A stretch of DNA of 64,000 nucleotides from Pseudomonadota bacterium (GTDB lineage: Bacteria > Desulfobacterota > JAPLJL01): NCBI GenBank assembly GCA_026388655.1, contig JAPLJI010000067.1, forward strand, positions 1,316-65,315, in the 5' to 3' direction. Below, one piece after another: positions 8,905 to 18,205 of the stretch. The notes below the pieces were generated by a model. It was not told the origin of the DNA and did no database searches. It worked only from the letters and a program-made list of their open reading frames with translations. The position numbers and the translations under genes were made by a program. Position 1 is the stretch's first letter. Every line of letters starts with the position of its first letter.

Positions 8905-9704
8905 CCCCGGAAAAATTATTGGCCAGCACGCTTTTTGAATGTCGCGGCGTTCATTATTCCTACCAGGGCAGGTTCCCGGCCCTCAATGGCATTGACCTGA
9001 CCATTACCGAGGGCGAGAGAGTCGCCCTGGTGGGAGCGAACGGCTCGGGCAAGTCAACCTTTCTCCATTTACTGGACGCCTTGATTTTTCCCGACCGGGG
9101 AACTCTCATTTTCTCGGGGGAGGAGTTGACGGAAGCCTCCTTCCTGGATGCGGAGTTCTCCCTGAGATTTCGCCGGAAGATCGGCCTGGTTTTCCAGAAC
9201 CCGGAGGTCCAATTATTCTGCCCTACGGTCAGGGAAGATATCGCATTCGGCCCGCTCCAGCTGGGGATTCCGGAAGGGAAGGTGAAGGAGCGTTTGGAAT
9301 CTCTCGCCCAGACTCTCAGAATAGATCATCTTCTGGACCGCTCCCCGCATCAATTGAGCGTCGGGGAAAAGCGTAAAGTTGCCTTCGCTACGACCATGGC
9401 CATCGAACCAGAGGTGCTCCTTCTGGATGAGCCCACGGCGGGTTTGGACCCCAAAACCAGCACCCAGCTGATTGAAATGCTGATCCAAGCCTCTCATTCC
9501 GGAAGGACGATCGTTACGGCCACGCATGATTTGCACATCATCGAAGACATCGCTGACAAGGTTTATGTTTTTGGGCAGGATAAAAGACTGGCCGGCTCCG
9601 GCACTCCCGCGGAGATCCTGGGCAACACCGCGTTGCTGCAGGCCAACAACCTTATCCATATCCACCCTCACCACGATCGGGATCATAAAGTGATGAAGGC
9701 CTGA
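8901..9704 (+). CDS. cbiO: ECF transporter ATPase CbiO/NikO
   Basis: GANGSGKS, VFQNP, LSVGEKRK, LLLDEPTAGLDP; His-rich tail. Confidence 0.92.
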   Translation: MTPEKLLASTLFECRGVHYSYQGRFPALNGIDLTITEGERVALVGANGSGKSTFLHLLDALIFPDRGTLIFSGEELTEASFLDAEFSLRFRRKIGLVFQNPEVQLFCPTVREDIAFGPLQLGIPEGKVKERLESLAQTLRIDHLLDRSPHQLSVGEKRKVAFATTMAIEPEVLLLDEPTAGLDPKTSTQLIEMLIQASHSGRTIVTATHDLHIIEDIADKVYVFGQDKRLAGSGTPAEILGNTALLQANNLIHIHPHHDRDHKVMKA

Positions 9705-9775
9705 TCTCCCCCGGTTTCTTATCTGAATTAATGCCGTTGAATCATTTGTATTGTCTTTTTGGAAGGGATTTTTTT

Positions 9776-9893
9776 GTAGTATGCCGATTCACTTGTCCCG
9801 TCTCTGGGGGGATCGGCGGTTTTAAAATTGCCCGATCCCTCCCGTATCGGGATAAATCCCTCTGAAGTCGGGACAAGTAAATCGGGCAACTAC
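9776..9893. repeat. GTAG-type REP doublet, about 118 bp (family 1)
   Basis: GTAGTATGCCGATT...AATCGGGCAACTAC; other copies at 16105-16223 (inverted), 31843-31962 and 62321-62418, partial at 6897-6957 and 52580. Confidence 0.85.
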
Positions 9894-10028
9894 GTAATAT
9901 TTCCAAATACTGATAATATTTCTCGAATTTAATCTGGAAAACGCAAAAGTTCGGCAGGGTTTATTTAGTTGACGAAATCCATAACTAACAACCATAATTA
10001 AACCGCCAGTGAGAACGGGATAATTCGC

Positions 10029-11786
10029 ATGCTCAAGATCGACAAAATCGGCCCGCGCCGGTGGCTGGGCGTAGTGGTTTTTTCCTTGGGGGTTCTGGCC
10101 TGCCGGACCCTGCCTCCGCCCGCGCCGGGGCCGGCACCCAAACCAGCCTCGGCGCCCGAACCGGAGACCACCTTTGTCCTGCCCCAGTCTCCGGAAGCCT
10201 ACACCAGTTTCTTGCAGGCCCGGCTGCATTTTTTAGACGGTGATACTCAGGCCGCGATCGCTAAATACGAAGCCGCCCGCAAATTAAATCCCGAATCCCT
10301 GGATATCAACCTGCGCCTGGCCCAGCTCCTTTTGGGGATGGGTAAGATCAACGAGGTTTTGCCGCTGGCCGAGAGCCTGGTGCAAAAACACCCCCGTTCC
10401 ACGGATGCCCATCTGCTGCTGGGCTCGGTCGATGGGGCCCTGCGCAAGATCGAGCCGGCGATCGACGAATATCGCCAGGTATTAAAACTTGATCCGAAAC
10501 GGAGCGAGGCCCACCTTTACCTCGGTTCGCTGCTGGCGGAAAAGAAGGAATCCGCCGAGGCGGAAAAAGAGTTTATGAGGTTTGCCGAGGTTGAACCCCA
10601 GTCTCCCCTCGGGTACTACTACCTGGGCCGGTTGTCCGCTGAAAAAAAAGACTGGGGCAAGGCGGAAAGCTATTATCAGAAAACAATTGAGCGCCAGCCC
10701 AATTTCCTGGAGGCCCTGATCGAACTGGGAATCATCTATGAATTTCAGAAAAAAAGCGACCAGGCGGTGCAGCTTTACCAGAAATCCCTGACCTATTTCC
10801 CGGCCAATCCCCGCATCCTGGAGCGCCTCGGACAGATTTACATTTCCCGCAACAACTACAAAGAGGCCCTGGAACAGTTCAAGGAGCAGGAACGTTTTGA
10901 TACCGACAATCTCGACCTCCGGGTTAAGATCGGCCTGCTCGAATTTGAGGAGGGAAACCTCACCCAGGCCATCGAGGAATTTAATTTCGTCCTGACCGCC
11001 GAGCCGGCCCACCCCACGGCCAGGTATTATCTGGCCGCCGCCTATTTGAAATCAGGCCAGCCGGACCGGGCCCGCGAGGAACTGACCAAGGTCAACAGCG
11101 ATTCCCCTTTTTATCCGGAGGCCCAAATCCAGATCGCGGTGATGCAGGAAGAGAAGGATGACCGGGAGGGTGCGCTGGCCACGATCCAGGCCGCGCTCGA
11201 GAAAGCCCCCAACGAGATCGAACTCTACCGGGCTTGCGGTCATCTCCTGTTTCGGGCCAAGCGTTATCCCGAAGCCAGGGGAACGGTGGAGAAAGGGCTC
11301 AAAATCAAGCCGGATGACGTCACCCTGCTTTATCTTCAGGGAGAGATTTACGACTTCCTGGACGAGGATGATCTTTGTATCGAAACCATGAAGAGGGTCA
11401 TCCAGCTGGATCCCAAACACGCCGACGCCCTGAATTACCTCGGGTACCTTTACGCGGAAAAGGGGATCAAGCTGGAGGAAGCCGCGAGCCTAATTAATAA
11501 GGCCTTGGAAATCCGACCCAACGATGGTTTTATCACCGATAGTCTCGGCTGGGTCTATTATCAGCAAAAAAATTACCGCCAGGCCCAGGAAATGATCGAG
11601 CGGGCTTTTTCCCTGGTCGGGGATGATCCGACTATTGCCGAACATCTTGGGGATGTTCACTCGGCCCTGGGAGACCGGGGAAAAGCCATCCAGTACTTTA
11701 AAAAATCCCTCGAACTTAAACCCGAACCGGTCAAGGATCAAAAACGGATCGAGGAAAAGCTCAAACGCCTCCAGAATCCGAATTGA
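10029..11786 (+). CDS. TPR-repeat (lipo)protein
   Basis: Lipobox-like VLAC; many TPRs; ALNYLGY..AEKG and DSLGWVYY motifs of the TPR family that precedes lolB. Confidence 0.88.
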   Translation: MLKIDKIGPRRWLGVVVFSLGVLACRTLPPPAPGPAPKPASAPEPETTFVLPQSPEAYTSFLQARLHFLDGDTQAAIAKYEAARKLNPESLDINLRLAQLLLGMGKINEVLPLAESLVQKHPRSTDAHLLLGSVDGALRKIEPAIDEYRQVLKLDPKRSEAHLYLGSLLAEKKESAEAEKEFMRFAEVEPQSPLGYYYLGRLSAEKKDWGKAESYYQKTIERQPNFLEALIELGIIYEFQKKSDQAVQLYQKSLTYFPANPRILERLGQIYISRNNYKEALEQFKEQERFDTDNLDLRVKIGLLEFEEGNLTQAIEEFNFVLTAEPAHPTARYYLAAAYLKSGQPDRAREELTKVNSDSPFYPEAQIQIAVMQEEKDDREGALATIQAALEKAPNEIELYRACGHLLFRAKRYPEARGTVEKGLKIKPDDVTLLYLQGEIYDFLDEDDLCIETMKRVIQLDPKHADALNYLGYLYAEKGIKLEEAASLINKALEIRPNDGFITDSLGWVYYQQKNYRQAQEMIERAFSLVGDDPTIAEHLGDVHSALGDRGKAIQYFKKSLELKPEPVKDQKRIEEKLKRLQNPN

Positions 11787-12532
11787 AAAGGAAGTTTCTC
11801 CCCGTCCTGGCCCTTTTGATTCTGGCCGGCTGCGCCGCTTTGCCGGAGATTCCCTCCCCGGGAGCGCTCCGGGCCAATCTGGAATCCCCGCCGGTTCCTT
11901 CCACCCTGAAGGGGACGGGCGAGTTTCGTCTCCGGTCACCGGATGGGCTGGGAGCCCTGCGCTTTGCTTTCCTGGTCGCGGCCCCGGATCGTCTGCGGGT
12001 CCAGGCCTTAAGCCCTTTCGGCAACCTGGCTTTCCTGCTGGTGCAGAACCAGGAAAAACTGCAGATTTACGTGCCCCTGGAACATCTGTTGCTTGAGGAT
12101 GAGGAAGCCCGGTCGTTCCTCAACCGTTTTCTGCCCCCGGAAATCGGTACCGCCAATCTGATTTATTTCCTGAGCGGCCGCCTTCCGGACTCGCTCTGGG
12201 CAAGGCAGCTGGAAAGCGTCAGCTCCGAGGGGAGCACCCTGAAACTGAGGCTTCCGGGAAGCGGAGGGTGGGCGGAAGCGGAATATTCGCGGCGCCGGCT
12301 GCAATTGATGGGCCTGAAGGTTTTTAACCGGGAGGAAAGGCTCTCTTACCAGGTCAAGTTCAAGAATTATCGGGATAGGGCCGGTTTTCTCCTTCCCGCC
12401 CGGATCGAATTTCTTATTCCCGGTCCGGAGGGGGAAACCTCGGTCCGGATGGATTTCCTCGAGCTGGAGGTCAATCCGGAGCTTGCGGAAGACTCCTTTC
12501 GGATTCCCGCGCGGGAATCTTCAACCCCATAG
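11783..12532 (+). CDS. LolB/DUF4292-like lipoprotein
   Basis: LAGC lipobox, PDRLRVQALSPFG, C-terminal VNPEL...F; follows the TPR gene. Confidence 0.7.
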   Translation: MKRKFLPVLALLILAGCAALPEIPSPGALRANLESPPVPSTLKGTGEFRLRSPDGLGALRFAFLVAAPDRLRVQALSPFGNLAFLLVQNQEKLQIYVPLEHLLLEDEEARSFLNRFLPPEIGTANLIYFLSGRLPDSLWARQLESVSSEGSTLKLRLPGSGGWAEAEYSRRRLQLMGLKVFNREERLSYQVKFKNYRDRAGFLLPARIEFLIPGPEGETSVRMDFLELEVNPELAEDSFRIPARESSTP

Positions 12533-12932
12533 TCTTGCCCGTGGGTGGCGGGCTGAAATGGACGCTCCCCCTTCGACATAGCTCGGGAACTTCGGTCCTT
12601 CGACAATCCTAATAACGAAATGAGGCATTTTTTCTTTTTGGGGGGGTGGGTTTCGCTCCCCAAATAATGTGTGCGATCATAAAATCCCGGGCGGCGGTCC
12701 CGCAGGGCCTCGCCTTCGTTGGATCAAATCGTAAATAATCATCGAGTTCATCTGTGTCTCGTCTATAAAAAATTTGGGTCGCGAGAACCCACCCCCCGGG
12801 GCTTCTGAAAAACATAAGAAACCGGAAGAACCAAATGAACTAAATGAACCAGATGAACGATTTGTTTTAACTGCGGTCCCTCCGGGCCGTAGGCCCTACG
12901 AGCCGGAGGCTGCGGTCGGTGGTCGGCGGTCG

Positions 12933-13682
12933 TTAAAGTATCAGTCCGACCTTCAGGCTGTAAATCAGGAAATCCCTGGCCAGGTCAATTTCCGGGACAA
13001 TCTGGATAAGCATGAGCTTGATCCGCACCCCGGCATAACCTTTCAACTCCCGGGGCTCGGTCTTCTTCAGGTTGGCGGTATCGGGATTGAAGAAGATAAA
13101 GGACATTCCCACCCCGGTGTAGGGCTTGATCGGCCCGAGCCCCTTGCTGATGGAAAGATCGGTGGAGACGGTTTGCAGGCTGAAATCCGAAGCGCCCAGG
13201 GCGCGGTGGTAATTCACCCGGAGGGCCAGGGCCGGGGTCAGCATGGAGCCCTTGATGAAGGACCATTTGACTTCCCCCCCCACCAGGGAGATATTGCTGC
13301 CCAGAACCGTGGGTGCATAGGTGGCTCCGAGGTCGATCCCGAGCGGGATCCCCTTGCGCACGCTGATCTGGGGGAGAATCAGGACCGGCTTGGGATTGCC
13401 GCCTTCGATCGTGCTGTGCCAGTAGGTTTTCTCATCATGGATATCAGCCACGGAAACCCCGAGGCCGACATCAAGTCCCAGAACCAGGCCCAGGGGTTCC
13501 GAAGGGGCCAGGGGGATGGCGGAGGAGGCCAGGCCCAGTTCCCGGGCCATGCTATTCATGTCATCCTGATTTACATTGGTCAGGTTGATTTTGCTTCCGG
13601 CTTCAGTTGGGGGGGCGAGGATAAGAATTATTAAAGCGGCCGCGGATAAAACCCACCCCTTTTTTCCGATGAAATTTCGCAT
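12933..13682 (-). CDS. Putative outer-membrane beta-barrel protein
   Basis: Signal peptide, alternating amphipathic strands, C-terminal YSLKVGLIL. Confidence 0.6.
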   Translation of the reverse strand: MRNFIGKKGWVLSAAALIILILAPPTEAGSKINLTNVNQDDMNSMARELGLASSAIPLAPSEPLGLVLGLDVGLGVSVADIHDEKTYWHSTIEGGNPKPVLILPQISVRKGIPLGIDLGATYAPTVLGSNISLVGGEVKWSFIKGSMLTPALALRVNYHRALGASDFSLQTVSTDLSISKGLGPIKPYTGVGMSFIFFNPDTANLKKTEPRELKGYAGVRIKLMLIQIVPEIDLARDFLIYSLKVGLIL

Positions 13683-13839
13683 TTATCCTCCTGACGTTCT
13701 ATCGGGATAAATTCTAAAGAAGACCGGATGGATACGTCAAGCAAAGACCTCCCCCGCATTTTAATTTTTGGGCTTGACAGGCTTAAATTGAATTGTATAC
13801 ACTAACGGCGGTTTATCTAACGTAGGGAGGGAGATCGAG

Positions 13840-14232
13840 ATGAAAACGGTAAAATTCATCGGAATCGGGGCGGTGGTCATCGCCGGGGTTTTGATGTTGA
13901 TGTCCTCCCTGGCACAGACCGCGGCTCCCACGGCCCCCGAAAAAATCACGATCAAAGAGATTCAGAAAACCTTCGCTCCCGTGGATCTGAGTCACAAGGA
14001 CCATGTGGAGAAATATAAGAACAAGTGCGTGGACTGCCACCACGAGTATAAGGAAGGCGATGCCGAAGTGAAGAAATGCTCGGTCTGCCATGATCCGCAG
14101 GTGAAGAAAGACAAAGCCCCGGCCCTGAAAGATGCGTATCACCAGACCTGCATTAACAAGTGCCATAAGAAGGAAGCCGCGGCCGGGAAAAAAGCTCCGA
14201 CCAAGTGCCTGGAATGCCACCCGAAAAAGTAA
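13840..14232 (+). CDS. Class III (c3) tetraheme cytochrome
   Basis: Signal peptide; PV.LSHKDH, CVDCHH, CSVCH, AYHQTCINKCH (CX3CH), CLECH. Confidence 0.92.
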   Translation: MKTVKFIGIGAVVIAGVLMLMSSLAQTAAPTAPEKITIKEIQKTFAPVDLSHKDHVEKYKNKCVDCHHEYKEGDAEVKKCSVCHDPQVKKDKAPALKDAYHQTCINKCHKKEAAAGKKAPTKCLECHPKK

Positions 14233-15080
14233 TGAAGATCCGCGGAATATTTTACTCATCGCTCCTGACCTTGCTCCTGCCCCTGGCCGTCTGGGCGCAG
14301 GAACCGGCGGATTGTCTATCCTGCCACGGGGATAAGGAACTGAAAAAGGACCTCGCGGACGGAAAGACCCAGACCCTTTTCGTCGAGCAGAAGGATTATC
14401 TCCAGTCGGTCCACGGGAATCTTTCCTGCACGAGCTGCCACACGGGGATTACCGCGTCCCATCCCCAGGATCAGCCCGGGAAGGTTGACTGCGGGATCTG
14501 CCACGCCCAGGAGACTGAAGCTTATAAGAAGTCCATTCATGCCCAGGCCTTCGAGGCCGATCCTTCCGCTTCCCCGGATTGCCTGCGTTGCCATGGAACT
14601 CATCAGGTTCAGAAGAGCGGTTCCGAGAAATATAAGAAAACCGCCGTGGACCAGTGCGGTGAGTGCCACGCGGATTACCGCCGCACTTACTTCGACACTT
14701 ATCACGGGAAGGTCGTCAGCCTGGGAGAGACGAAGGATATGCCCCTTTGCTGGGATTGCCATTCGGCCCACGAGATCCTGCCCATGGCTGACCCACAATC
14801 CAATATTTCGAAAGAGAGGGTTTTGGCCACCTGCTTGTACTGCCATCCGGATGCCAACACCAAGTTCGCCCAATACAATGTTCACAGCGATAAGTACTCT
14901 TATAAAAACGATCCCATTTCTTTCTGGACATATTTCGTAATGGTCTTGATTGTATTCTTTGCCTTTGGATTATGGGTTCCCCATACGATTCTTTGGTTTA
15001 TTCGCGACTGGCTGGAAAATCGGAAGAAGAAGAAAAACCCCGAAACCAAACCCCCTGCCGAATCCGGAGGAGGTGCTTAA
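14232..15080 (+). CDS. Membrane-anchored multiheme cytochrome c (7 CXXCH)
   Basis: CLSCH, CTSCH, CGICH, CLRCH, CGECH, CWDCH, CLYCH; C-terminal TM helix. Confidence 0.9.
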   Translation: MKIRGIFYSSLLTLLLPLAVWAQEPADCLSCHGDKELKKDLADGKTQTLFVEQKDYLQSVHGNLSCTSCHTGITASHPQDQPGKVDCGICHAQETEAYKKSIHAQAFEADPSASPDCLRCHGTHQVQKSGSEKYKKTAVDQCGECHADYRRTYFDTYHGKVVSLGETKDMPLCWDCHSAHEILPMADPQSNISKERVLATCLYCHPDANTKFAQYNVHSDKYSYKNDPISFWTYFVMVLIVFFAFGLWVPHTILWFIRDWLENRKKKKNPETKPPAESGGGA

Positions 15081-15081
15081 G

Positions 15082-15975
15082 ATGTCAGAAACTGCACAGA
15101 TCCAGACGCCAGCCCACTCGGGTCAGGGAGAGGAAAGGGAGATCCTCCGGCTCTCCGGTTACCAGCGGTTCATCCACCTTCTGGTGGTGATCGCGTTTTT
15201 CATCCTGACTTTCACCGGGATCCCCCTGAAATTCCATGATTGGGCCTGGGCGAAGCTGATCATCCAAGCCCTGGGTGGTTACGAGGTGGCTCGTTACCTG
15301 CACCGGGCCGGCGCGATCTTAACCTTCCTTTACATTTTCCTCTATTTTGCCGAGGTCGCGTACCGATTCATTATTAAGAGAGAAAAGGGGCTTTTCTGGG
15401 GGCCGGACTCGATCATTCCCCGGGTGGAAGACATCACCCACGTCGTCCAGATGGTGATCTGGTTTTTAATCGGGGGGAAACGCCCGAAGATCGACCGCTG
15501 GGCTTACTGGGAAAAATTCGATTTCTTCGCCGAGGCCTGGGGGAATTTCCTCCTCGGGCTGACCGGCCTGATTCTCTGGTTCCCGGCTTTCTTCACCCGC
15601 CTCCTTCCCGGCTTCGCGATCGGCATGTCGACCATCATCCACGGGATCGAAGCCTCCCTGGCAGTCTGCTTTATCTTCTTCATTCATTTTTTCAACGCCC
15701 ACCTCCGCCGGGCCAAGTTCCCGATGGACATGGTGATCGTGACCGGTCGGATGAGCATGCAGGAATTTGAGGAAGACCGGCCGGCCGAACTGGAGCGGGT
15801 GAAAAAAGACAACGCCCTTTTCTGGCACCAGGTTCCCCCGGCCTCTCCCGCCTTGGCCAAGGTCGGCAAGACGGTGGGCCTCATCCTCCTGGCCCTGGGA
15901 CTCGGGATCTCGGTCTGCATTACCTACTCCGTTTTTTTTGACTGGATTTCCCGGCTGATCCGATTCATCAGCTAA
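15082..15975 (+). CDS. Cytochrome b (FdnI/Cbc-type) membrane subunit
   Basis: QRFIH..TGIPLKF, LHRAGA, YWEKFDF, IHGIEA..IHFFN heme-b histidines. Confidence 0.88.
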   Translation: MSETAQIQTPAHSGQGEEREILRLSGYQRFIHLLVVIAFFILTFTGIPLKFHDWAWAKLIIQALGGYEVARYLHRAGAILTFLYIFLYFAEVAYRFIIKREKGLFWGPDSIIPRVEDITHVVQMVIWFLIGGKRPKIDRWAYWEKFDFFAEAWGNFLLGLTGLILWFPAFFTRLLPGFAIGMSTIIHGIEASLAVCFIFFIHFFNAHLRRAKFPMDMVIVTGRMSMQEFEEDRPAELERVKKDNALFWHQVPPASPALAKVGKTVGLILLALGLGISVCITYSVFFDWISRLIRFIS

Positions 15976-16067
15976 AGCCCCGGACCCATCGCCGTCCGAA
16001 ACATAAATTTTCCCCTCGCCTTCAAACGCTCCCCCGCGGGGAGAAGAGAGGGTGAGGGGTTTTAATT

Positions 16068-16280
16068 TAACCCGAAAAATGCAGTTGTTATTTCCTAATG
16101 TTTCGTAGTTGCCAGATTTACTTGTCCCGACTTCAGAGGGATTTATCCCGATACGGGAGGGATCGGGCGCTTTTGAAAACCGCCGATCCCCCCAGAGACG
16201 GGACAAGTGAATCGGCAGACTACAAAAAAATCCTCCCGCGAATGACGGAGGAATGGATTCAATCGCATTTTTCGGGGTTA
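16068..16280. mobile_element. MITE-like element (TIR AACCCGAAAAATGC) containing a family-1 REP
   Basis: TAACCCGAAAAATGC...GCATTTTTCGGGGTTA; sister copies at 31786-31998 and an empty one at 34571-34646. Confidence 0.6.
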
Positions 16281-16331
16281 ATTCGATCAAACCTGAACCC
16301 CGGTCCCATTATCTGGTAAAATAACAAAGCA

Positions 16332-17483
16332 ATGTCTTCAATTTCCTGGGGAAGAGTCCGGTTGCTTCTGAACAGCCGGGTTTTGCTCTTCGCTTCCATG
16401 ATCGTCATTTTTGTGACCCTGGTTCTCCTGGTGTCTTTCTTTGAAAGACAGGCGGCCAACGAGGGGTTTCGCGGACTGGGGGACGCTTTCTGGTGGTCGA
16501 TTGTCACGGCCACCACCACCGGTTACGGCGACCGGGTCCCGCAAACGGGGACCGGAAGACTGCTGGCGGTGGGGGTAATGTTCCTGGGCGTAATTTCCAT
16601 TTCGCTCATCACCGGTACGGTGGCATCGGTTTTGGTCGAAAGGAAAATTTTGAGGGGGTTGGGAATGGAAAAAATCAGCTTGAGCGGGCATCTGATCATC
16701 TGCGGATATAACTTCCGCCTGGCCCGGATTATCAGCGCCATCCGGAAAATGCATCCGGAGAATCTCGCTATCCTGGTGATCAACCAGGCGGAGGAGGAGA
16801 AAATGATGGAGGTCCTGTCCCAGACCAAGGACCGGCACCTCCATTTTCTCCGGGGCGACTACGTGCACGAGGAAATTTTGCGGCAGGGAAGCGTAGCCCA
16901 GGCCCAGGCCGCCCTGATCCTTTCCGATTTCACCTTTCCGGAGCGGACCGACGAACGGACAATTCTGGCGGCCCTGGCCCTCCGGGCGGTCAACCCCGGT
17001 CTCCGGATTATCGCCGAGATCCAGCGGGAGGAGAACATCCCCCATCTCCGGCGGGCCCGGGTCAACGAGATTGTCTGCGGCGATTCCTACACCCCTTTCA
17101 TCCTGGCCAGCGGGGTTTTGTCCTCCGGGATCCCCCGGACCCTGGATTTGTTACTCCAGCCCGGGTCGGCCCAGTCGCTAAAAATCGCCCCCATTCCGGC
17201 CGGCCTGGTGGGCAAGACCTTCAAAGACGTTCTCTCGCATTTTCGGGAAAAGGGTTCGGCCCTGACCATCGGCCTGGTCTCGGAAACCCGGAAGGGAATT
17301 TCTCTCTCGGATATCCTCTCCAGCGATTCCTCGGCGATTGACCAGTTCATTACCCGCAAGCTGGCCGAGGCCGAACCGGAAATCCTCACCCAGCGCGCCG
17401 GTCTGCAGGTTCTGCTCGCGCCCCCCGACGGGCAGGAGATCGAACCCAAGGATATGGCTTTGCTTTTAGGAGGCAAATCATGA
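16332..17483 (+). CDS. Potassium channel with RCK/TrkA-N domain
   Basis: WWSIVTATTTGYGD selectivity filter; HLIICGYN RCK domain. Confidence 0.93.
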   Translation: MSSISWGRVRLLLNSRVLLFASMIVIFVTLVLLVSFFERQAANEGFRGLGDAFWWSIVTATTTGYGDRVPQTGTGRLLAVGVMFLGVISISLITGTVASVLVERKILRGLGMEKISLSGHLIICGYNFRLARIISAIRKMHPENLAILVINQAEEEKMMEVLSQTKDRHLHFLRGDYVHEEILRQGSVAQAQAALILSDFTFPERTDERTILAALALRAVNPGLRIIAEIQREENIPHLRRARVNEIVCGDSYTPFILASGVLSSGIPRTLDLLLQPGSAQSLKIAPIPAGLVGKTFKDVLSHFREKGSALTIGLVSETRKGISLSDILSSDSSAIDQFITRKLAEAEPEILTQRAGLQVLLAPPDGQEIEPKDMALLLGGKS

Positions 17484-18007
17484 GCGCGGAGCTCGAAGCC
17501 TTGGCCGCCTTCCCGATTTTTTCGGAGCTTTCGGAAGAGGAATTGAAACGCATGGCGCAGATCCTGCGGCCGCTCCGAATCGAACCGGGGGAAGCGGTAA
17601 TCCGGGAGGGAGAGGTGGGAAACCAACTTTATCTCCTCATGGAAGGCCAGGTCGCGGTTTCCATCCGGATCGCCCTGCCCGCGCAGCTGGGCGGGAAAAA
17701 CACCCCCGAGGAAAAAGGGCTGATCAAGTATTCCGGAGCCGACCACGCCATTTTCGGTGAGCACGGGCTTTTGGGAGAAGAGCCCGCCAACCGGACGGCC
17801 ACGATCACCGCCCTGACCCCCTGCCGGATGCTGGAATTTTCCCACTCGGATCTGGAAAGCCTGGTGCGGGAAAACCCCCACTTAGGTTTTAAATTGATCC
17901 GGAACCTCTGCCGGGTACTGGCCGAGCGCCTCCGCCAGGCCAACCAGGATATCGCCAAGCTGACCACGGTTTTGTCACTGGTCCTGGAACACCGTCACTC
18001 TTCCTGA
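17480..18007 (+). CDS. Cyclic-nucleotide-binding domain protein
   Basis: IREGE.G..LY, FGE.GLL...RTATITA; coupled to the channel gene. Confidence 0.88.
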   Translation: MSAELEALAAFPIFSELSEEELKRMAQILRPLRIEPGEAVIREGEVGNQLYLLMEGQVAVSIRIALPAQLGGKNTPEEKGLIKYSGADHAIFGEHGLLGEEPANRTATITALTPCRMLEFSHSDLESLVRENPHLGFKLIRNLCRVLAERLRQANQDIAKLTTVLSLVLEHRHSS

Positions 18008-18205
18008 TTAGACCGCCAACGGCAGGAAGTGAAAAGTGAAAGGTAAAAGACAAGAAGTAATCTTTGATAAATTTTCCATCCTTTTAACTTCCTAGCGTTC
18101 AAACCTTCCCGCGCCTAGCTAACCTGAAACCTTTTTCCCGGGGCCGGGTTTATATCCAGTAAAGAGGTTCAGGAGATAAATAAATTGAAAAAAGGAGGAG
18201 AGGAA

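Noticed and set aside
12774-13634. Long antisense ORFs (also 18686-19765, 20976-22235, 50950-52032, 58492-59673)
   Set aside because: Shadows of real genes caused by high GC3 codon bias.
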